From Paraspadella gotoi (lineage: Eukaryota > Animalia > Chaetognatha), in assembly GCA_051294375.1 (NCBI GenBank), contig CM119267.1:4433070-4497069 (forward strand): a DNA stretch of 64,000 bases. The letters are read 5' to 3'. The stretch's first letter is position 1. The number at the start of each line of letters is the position of its first letter. The notes beneath the pieces are model-generated. The model was not told the DNA's origin and did not search any database. It was given only the letters and a program-made list of their open reading frames with translations. A program made the position numbers and the translations under genes. Positions 56,825-64,000 of the stretch are shown piece by piece.

Positions 56825-58420
56825 NNNNNNNNNNNNNNNNNNNNNNNNNNNNNNNNNNNNNNNNNNNNNNNNNNNNNNNNNNNNNNNNNNNNNNNNNNNN
56901 NNNNNNNNNNNNNNNNNNNAGAGAGAGAGAGAGATAGACCAGCACATTGCCGTTTCGTCTCATTTGATTGAAATATTTTATTTAATAACTTTTACCTTTT
57001 TTGTCTATAGTGGTAGTTTTCATGCAATCTTTACCTTTGTTTTGTCTTTAGTTTTAGCTTTGTTTGATGCTCATGTATGTACTGAATCAACCATTCGAAA
57101 TAAAACGCATATATTTGCACTGGAGATTAACAAACAATCCTTTCTGTAACTTTTTCATTGTTTACTTTATTGCTAAAAGATTGATAGATGGGGTATAATA
57201 TCGATCTGCGCCACAATATTTAAATGTTTTTTTCAATTTTATACTAATTTTCAATTCATTTTCTCTACCGCGTTTCCCTCAAAAGTCATTTAGGTTTTCA
57301 TTGTTTTCTTTCGCTCCACTTTCCTTCCTCATTCAGTTTTCTCTCTTTACTTTTTCACTTATTTTCTTTTTCTTTTTCATTTTTTTTCTTTTCATTTCGC
57401 ATTTTCGTTTAATCTTTTCTCTATTTCCGTTTCTCTTTCCTATTTTATTTTTCCTTTTTTCTCTTTTCTTTCCTTTTTCCCGGTTTTCCCTTTCTTCTTT
57501 CTCTTCCCTTCTTCCCTTATTCCTTTCTTCTTTCCTATTTCATCTTCTCTTTCATCTATCGTCTAATCGGTAATCTAACCTTTTTTCTCTTTTCTTCCCG
57601 ATCCCTCCGATTCTCTTCCACCGATTTTCCAAATCCTCAGCCGTCCATTCTCCAGTTCACCTCTTAATCTCATTCCTTCTCCGCCTCATCCTCTCTATTT
57701 CCGCTCTCCTTCTCTTCTCTCCTTCTCTTCTCTTTTCTTCTCTCGCCGCCGTTATTCAAGAAATATACATAACGACGTCTACAGAGCGCAATAAAAGTTT
57801 TTTCGAGTCCGAATCTTCTCCTCGTCTCGGAGGCCGAGTGAAGGATTGTTGAGCCTCTCATTCGTCGCCGCCTCGCGTCGCCAGCGTCGATTCGACCAAT
57901 CGGAGGCCTCGCCGCTTCGACCCGTCGACCAATCGGAACCCGACCCCGACGTCACTGCCGGCGCCACCTCAACGAAGCAGACGCCATAAAAGGCGCCAGT
58001 GGTTGTGTGTGTGGACCGCGTTAAAAACCGTGAGTTTGCGAAGGCGAACGTTGNNNNNNNNNNNNNNNNNNNNNNNNNNNNNNNNNNNNNNNNNNNNNNN
58101 NNNNNNNNNNNNNNNNNNNNNNNNNNNNNNNNNNNNNNNNNNNNNNNNNNNNNNNNNNNNNNNNNNNNNNNCTCTCGGTCTCTCGTCTCTCCCGGTCCTT
58201 CCACTCACTCAAGCAAAAGCTAACCGAGAGAGAAAGCTGTTAAGAGAAAAAAACAGTGTTTTCTCTCTCTCTCACGAAACAGTTTTTTCGTAGTTATAAA
58301 AACTTTTTTTTTCTTAAACCCTGACTCTGGAGACTCGCAAGTTATAACGTTTAAAAATCGTTTACCCAGTAAACGTTTTTTTTTCTTTAAATTAACTTTT
58401 TCTCGATTTCGAGTTAGAAG

Positions 58421-58487
58421 ATATTAAAATATTAAAATATTAAAATATTAAAATATTAAAATATTAAAATATTAAAATATTAAAATA
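58421..58487. repeat. (ATATTAAA)n tandem repeat, ~8 units
   Basis: Directly visible. Confidence 0.9.
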
Positions 58488-58540
58488 GGAAAAATGGCGG
58501 GAAAGAGAAGGAGGGAGAGGAATTGGCTTCAAGGTTTAGA

Positions 58541-58850
58541 GTCGGCGTCGCGACACTGAATGCCACCTTAGAGTCGGAATAGAGAGGGATGGAATAGAGA
58601 GGAATTGGATAGAGAGGAGTGGAATAGATATGAATGGGAAAGAGAGGAATGGGATAGAGAGGAATGGGATAGAGAGGAATGGGAGAGAGAGGAATTGAAT
58701 AAAGAGGAAAGAAATAGAATGAAATGGAATAGAAAATGTCGGCGTCGAGACACTGAATGCCACCTTAGAGTGGGAATAGAGAGGAATGGAATAGAGAGTA
58801 ACGAAATAGAGAGGAATGCAATAGAGAGGAATGGAATAGAAAAGAATGGA
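58541..58850 (+). repeat. compound repeat: two ~45-bp heads 197 bp apart, each followed by a degenerate GGAAT/AGAGA pentamer array
   Basis: gtcggcgtcg(c/a)gacactgaatgccaccttagagt(c/g)ggaatagagagg at 58541 and 58738. Confidence 0.85.
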
Positions 58851-59213
58851 GATGTAGATTTTGTTGATGAAATAGAGAAGCATGAGATTTCGATTGTGAT
58901 TTGAATCAGTGAGGTTTGAATCTTTTGTGAATATAATACAAAAGTGAAACGGCTTTTTAATTTTAATTTAATTTAATTTTAATTTTAATTTACGTGAATG
59001 GAATATAAAAAAGCGAAATCTGTATGAAATTGTACAAGTAAGTATTAAAGTTGTAGGCTAATTTAAAATAAAATAAATGAAATAGACTTCGGTCCTCCAT
59101 ATTGACCAATCTGGGTACAAGACGAGAAAAACGCTTCAGTTGTAGTGGTAGTATTTCATACTTATTTCATGTCTTATCTAATGTCTGGAGATCAATGAAG
59201 GCATATGCATAAT

Positions 59214-59264
59214 TAAATAGTCGTACATAGTATGTATAATATACATACTATGTACGACTATTTA
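59214..59264. repeat. perfect palindrome, 25-bp arms with 1-nt spacer
   Basis: taaatagtcgtacatagtatgtata-a-tatacatactatgtacgactattta, checked base by base. Confidence 0.95.
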
Positions 59265-60489
59265 TATATTGTATATGATGTGTATATGATGTGTATATTA
59301 TGTATATTGTATGTCTCTCACTGGTAAAGTCAGTTATCTTACATTGATATTTTATAATTAACCAGTTAAAGTTTCAAAAAAAACATATTTTCAAACCATA
59401 AGTAACGTAGTGTTAAGAATCGAATCAGTCTGGTATTTCACAATTACAGGTTTATGACCGAAGTAAAAACTAAGCAACACTCGGACCAGAAAATCCCCCC
59501 TCCCCCTTGCACCCATCACCCAACCACCCACCACCACGCCCCTACCACACACCTCCACGCTTTTCTCCATCAATCACTCATCTTTTTTCCCGCCATCTTT
59601 TTCCCATTTAACACCCCCGAGGCGTGACGAGATGATTCCCCTCCACCCCGAGGGTCAGCGATTGCCACCTCGACCGGAAACTTTGTTCGTCGGTCGTCGC
59701 GTCGTTGCACGGCGGCGTTCGGAAAACGAGCCCGGGCTGGCCATCTTGGGTTTCACGCTTCATTTGACCGCCGCGCTCGATGACCCCGTCTAGAGGGCGG
59801 CTGGAAGGCGTTTTTTCGTTTTCGTCGTCGTCGTAAGTCATTAGCCATGATTTGGTCATTACTCACGCTAGAGCAAGACTCGCGATCTATCTTTTCTTAA
59901 AATAGACGGGTAAAGATATTTCATCGAAAACTCTGAAAAATTGAAGTTCACGAAAATCTCCAATAATCTTATTGGATTATCTTTAGGTTAATTCTGGAAG
60001 ATTTGGCAGCGCAGGATTGGCCGTGGATTTAGGCACGGAATTATGTCCACATATCAAGGTTATCGGTTGTCTTGTTGATGTTGTTTTTAACAAAAAATTC
60101 TGTCTGAAATCAAAAAAAACGCTGATGAAGACTCTAAAAACATGAGTGAAAACATGTCCTATAAACTATGATTAAATTCGTTAAAAACGTTGTTATTCCT
60201 AAAAATTTCTAAATTAACGAAAAGAAAGAAAATCTTACAAAAAATAAGTAATAATGAAACATTGATATTAATATTGATATTAATATTGATCTTAAACAAA
60301 AATTCTCCGTTATACTGTCGTACTCTTCAATAATCTCAACTTAACTCTACGAAATCTTCTTTTACATTTTTTTTTACCCGACCCCCTACGAAAATCGTCT
60401 ACGCCCAAAAACCTATTTTAAGATAAATAGTTTAATTTTAATTTTTTTTTTTTAAATTTATTTATTTCTTTTTCCCCTTAACCGCGACC

Positions 60490-60891
60490 ATGTTGCACAT
60501 CTCCTACCTCCTCTTGATGCTCGCCGCCGCCGGCGGTCTCGACCTCTTGGCGGCGGCGATATTGGCGGCGAAACTGACCCGGTCGGCGTCGATGATGGAA
60601 CTGCGAGGAATCCGCGAGGAACTCCGCGCTCGACTCACTGAAGAAGCGGCGAATATTTTCGGCGAAGCGGCGGCCCAAGAGGCGGTGTTGCTCGCAATGT
60701 TCGAGGCGCGAATCGACGCCGCCGCCGAAGAGTTGGCGGCGCGACCCGCGACGGTGGAGATGCGAAACGCGTTGCGGCGATGCGCGGATTCGGCGATGGA
60801 GGCGGTCATGGCGATAGCGGGACTCGTCATCGTCGCCGTCACCGTCGCCGTCTTGTTGAAGGATTCCAGCGATTCTTACATCGTCGCGTAG
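60490..60891 (+). CDS. hypothetical 133-aa protein: hydrophobic N-terminus, Ala/Glu/Leu/Arg helical middle, C-terminal TM-like segment
   Basis: Complete ATG..TAG ORF with gcgaccATG context, forming a GC-rich island in AT-rich flanks. Nearly 80% of codons end in G/C by hand count. A pyrimidine tract lies directly upstream and AATAAA at 61084-61089. No family recognised. Confidence 0.5.
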   Translation: MLHISYLLLMLAAAGGLDLLAAAILAAKLTRSASMMELRGIREELRARLTEEAANIFGEAAAQEAVLLAMFEARIDAAAEELAARPATVEMRNALRRCADSAMEAVMAIAGLVIVAVTVAVLLKDSSDSYIVA

Positions 60892-62204
60892 CGGGACTTC
60901 GCCGTCTGGCGGCCGGTTTACGAAAATCCCTCTGGCGGCATGGATCATCGAATTGAAGACGGAATTCGTCGGCGGTCTATCCTGTCCTCGGAAGTCCGAT
61001 CTTCAGCTGCATTTTGGTGATTTTCTGTATTGCTTTTCTATTTTTGTAATTAATTTTAACTACAATTAGTGTTGTTTTTTTTTAATAAAATGCCAATCAT
61101 GTATCCGATTTTAAAGAATGCTGACGTTAGAAAGTAGCCATTTCAATTAATCGTTTTTTGGTGAGAAATGATGGCAAAAGAATTAATGGATTTTTTTTTA
61201 AAAATTAGTAGTACATCCACATAAAACAGTTAATCTAACTATTCGAAACGAAATCATCCAAAGAATGGCGCAACCTCTTTGCCCGCAATCGACACGTCTC
61301 TTACTTTTTACGACACCAAAAGTATTTCGCTTCAAGGTTAATAGTGAACTCGTTTTCCAAAAATCAATGGCTACGCGAACCCGACGCAGGATCGAGGGGG
61401 AAAGCTGAACAGACTGTTTGGCTGAAATGCGGAGCTAAGTTTGAAGCAGGAAAAGAGCGGAAAAGAGGAAAATGGCGAAAAAAATTGCCGGTACAAAGTA
61501 GAATTAATGGCTAATCTTTCAGATTGATTGCACCAATGGAAAAGTTAAAATGGCAAAATTGGTAGATTTGCTTTCAAAATTTCTTGAAGACTGAAACAAA
61601 GTAAAGTTGCGAATGATCGCGATCATAACAGGCACAAGAAAAAATTCTGGAGATAAACCAAGCTTCATCTCGAAATAATTGCGAAAAGTGTACCAACGCG
61701 AGAAACAAAGGCTAAGTTAAATAATTGCGAAATGACGCAAATAACGGAATTACAGATGTAAATGAAGCGCAAATTAAATTACAATAAACGCAAGCAAAAA
61801 CCGGACGAGGGGTTGAATCGTTGAGCAGTTGCTGAGCGCCGGCGCCTAAAACCAAAAATAACGGCGCCAAATGGTTGCTAGCGGAACCGAAGAGCCCACA
61901 ACTATTAATGTTATAGGCAGAGAGAGAGAGAGAGAAGAGAGAGAGAGGGAGAGAGAGGGAAAGAGAGAAGAGAGAGAAGAGAAAGAGAAGAGAGAGAAGA
62001 GAGAGAGGGCTTTCTTTTCGTTAAGAATTTTAACTATATCAGTTTTGAGAGAAGGAAAAAACTGGGTGAATTTTTATCAACATTGGGAACCTTACTTTTC
62101 CTCCTTCTCTTTCTCTCCTCTCTCTCATCTCTCTCTCTCGTCTCTCTCTCTCTCCTCTCTCTCTTCTCTCTCTCTCTTTATCGTTCCCATTCCTCTTTAA
62201 GATC

Positions 62205-62420
62205 GGTGGCTGTCTTGCTGCTCGCGACGGCTATGGTTTCGGTGCCGCCTCGAAGTCTTTATTGCCGCCGCCCATTAGTTTGTCTCAACATTTTTCTAAC
62301 CATTGACATCGCAAGGCAGCGGCGGCGGGCGGCGGGCGGCGGGGCGGCGGGCAGAGCGGCGGTTGTTTTCGCGATAGCCGACGCCCGTTTATTCGCGATC
62401 TCTGTACAGTGTTATCTTCT
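62205..62420 (+). repeat. direct repeat, recurring at 63791-64000
   Basis: ggtggctgtcttgctgctcgcgacggctatgg... is repeated with small indels directly after the 25-N gap 63766-63790. Confidence 0.93.
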
Positions 62421-63021
62421 TCGAAGCGAAGAATCGAAGAGGCCTTTTTACAAGTCTATTCTCTCTTGCATATCGCTCCCACTCAATGCTCTCGACCAAT
62501 TCGGACCTCACTGTACTCGCGCGGTCACATGATTATATTTCTCGCTTTGATTTGTCCGTTATGCAGAGCGAGAGACGATAAAAACGCGCTAAACCCCGCC
62601 CCTATCCCTCCCCTTTCCTCCCCTGACCTCCCCAGATCCATTAACCATCCCCCGTCTGCAATCCCCCGTTGCCCCTATTCTCTTGGACCCTTACGATATC
62701 CCCCACCGCCCCTCCACCCCACGTATCTATTCCATCGCCTTTTTAAATTCTCGCTTGGCCGATTCGAAACCTTGTTTAAGAATGGCCGCCTTTTTTACTA
62801 CTAGCCTTTTCTTATTATCTCCGGGGTGGTTTGAAAAGAGGAGTGGGAACGGAAAGAAACAATTGAAGGGTGTAGGTAGAGGAGAAAGTTTTAACTAGGT
62901 CTCACGAGTGTGAGTTTTTTTACGGAGTTTTAGTTATTCTTTTCTCTTCTTTCTTGCAGACCGTCAGGGGTGATCTTGTTAGTTATATCTATATATCTCC
63001 GAGTCTCAATGTAATTACCGT

Positions 63022-63027
63022 AAAAAA
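63022..63027 (-). terminator. Pol III oligo-T terminator of the tRNA gene
   Basis: T6 on the minus strand, 2 nt after the tRNA 3' end. Confidence 0.65.
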
Positions 63028-63029
63028 GA

Positions 63030-63093
63030 GCATCGCCGGAATCGAACCGGCGCCGCGTGCAGTGCGAGCATTCTACACTGAACCACCGGATGC
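63030..63093 (-). tRNA. tRNA-Gly(GCC), with several single-base indels (sequencing error or pseudogene)
   Basis: Minus strand reads GCATCCGGTGGTTCAGTGTAGAATGCTCGCACTGCACGCGGCGCCGGTTCGATTCCGGCGATGC. This is colinear with animal tRNA-Gly(GCC) as I recall it (GCATCGGTGGTTCAGTGGTAGAATGCTCGCCTGCCACGCGGGCGGCCCGGGTTCGATTCCCGGCCGATGCA). A/B boxes and GCATC/GATGC acceptor-stem ends are present. Confidence 0.8.
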
Positions 63094-63790
63094 TGGTGAC
63101 AAAGATCCGTAACTATGAGCTTTAGAATAATCACGAACGTTTTACCAATTGTTCGCAAGTGTTATGATAAGAAAACAACTAACGACTCTTGTTATTTTTT
63201 TTTAAAAAGACAATTTACAGAAAATAACGCGCGTTTTTTTGTCTCTCGCTATAACGGACTAAACGATTTCTTGGCTATTTACGGATTGGAGCGGAAAAAT
63301 GATCCATTTAGCGACTTCTGACAAGATTAGACATATTTTTATTTGAAAAGGAATAACCACAAAACAACTAAATTTAAAAAGATTTTTAAAAAACATTATG
63401 TTGATAAGTAAGGGCGTTTTGATTGGAATTTGCCGGTTTTGCTAGGTTTTCAAAGAACCTGTCCAAAGCAAGAGTGGATAGCTTCTTGTAATTATGGAGC
63501 GCTACTGTTTATAGCTTACTGGTCGCGAAAGAAAACAAACACACGCCCCCCCCTTGCACATTTCTCGATTTTAATCAAGCGAGGAGCGAAAAATCGCTTA
63601 CGAATGCTCAACCTAACGAGGATTAGTGCCTTCTAACGTATAGAACCTCATAAAAAAAGGGGCATCTTCCCAGCCCCCCCCCCCCGCCTTGCCCAAAATT
63701 CCCTCATTTCTGAGTGCCTCTCGTCATTCGGGGAAGTCCATGTCACTGTTATGGATCTCTTCTTTNNNNNNNNNNNNNNNNNNNNNNNNN

Positions 63791-64000
63791 GGTGGCTGTC
63801 TTGCTGCTCGCGACGGCTATGGGTTCGGTGCCGCCTCGAAGTCTTTATTGCCGCCGCGCCATTAGTTTGTCTCAACATTTTCATAACCATTGACATCGCA
63901 AGGGCAGCGGCGGCGGGCGGCGGGCGGCGGGCGAGCGGCGGTTGTTTTCGCGATAGCCGACGCCCGGAGTTCGCGATCTCTGCTACAGTGTTATCTTCTC
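63791..64000 (+). repeat. second copy of 62205-62420, running off the window
   Basis: Direct sequence comparison. Confidence 0.93.

Larger units (their letters stand above)
56604..61815 (+). repeat. third, about half-length colinear homolog of the duplicated unit (equivalent to ~33814-44780)
   Basis: Ordered anchors: taaaagctgaaagaaagaaag (56604 vs ~33814), aaaacgagccc...ccatcttgg..ttcacgcttcatt (~59723 vs ~41758), cgccgtctggcggccggtt (60900 vs ~43517), aatcatccaaagaatgg (~61253 vs ~43988), ggagataaaccaagctt (~61649 vs ~44543). Confidence 0.85.

Noticed and set aside
58541-58790. CRISPR-like repeat-spacer pattern
   Set aside because: Only two repeats, the spacer is a long pentamer microsatellite, the context is eukaryotic, and there are no cas genes.
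60478-60948. Minus-strand ORFs of 156 and 112 aa over the orphan ORF
   Set aside because: Their Arg/His-rich and Ala/Ser-rich compositions are typical of antisense shadows of a GC3-rich plus-strand CDS. Not fully excluded without RNA data.

Overview
This is animal (eukaryotic) genomic DNA from a gappy draft assembly: AT-rich, dense in (GA/CT)n and (GAC/GTC)n microsatellites, with many N runs. Most ORFs in the supplied track are spurious microsatellite or N-spanning frames. The one clearly identifiable gene is dachshund (dac/DACH) on the minus strand. Four coding exons between 13445 and 10940, with canonical splice signals at every visible boundary, encode the N-terminus and the DD1 (Ski/Sno/Dac) domain; the rest lies in gaps or left of the window. 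Also present are an indel-damaged tRNA-Gly(GCC) at 63030-63093 and an intact, GC3-rich 133-aa orphan ORF at 60490-60891 with hydrophobic ends. Large-scale structure consists of a ~4-5 kb inverted duplication (16.6-28.1 kb), an 11.8 kb direct duplication (33.0-56.6 kb) and a third, half-length homologous copy (56.6-61.8 kb). These abut gaps of exactly 25 N and show read-error-like indels, so I read them mainly as long-read gap-filling artefacts. I find no convincing novel biological system; the orphan ORF is the best lead.
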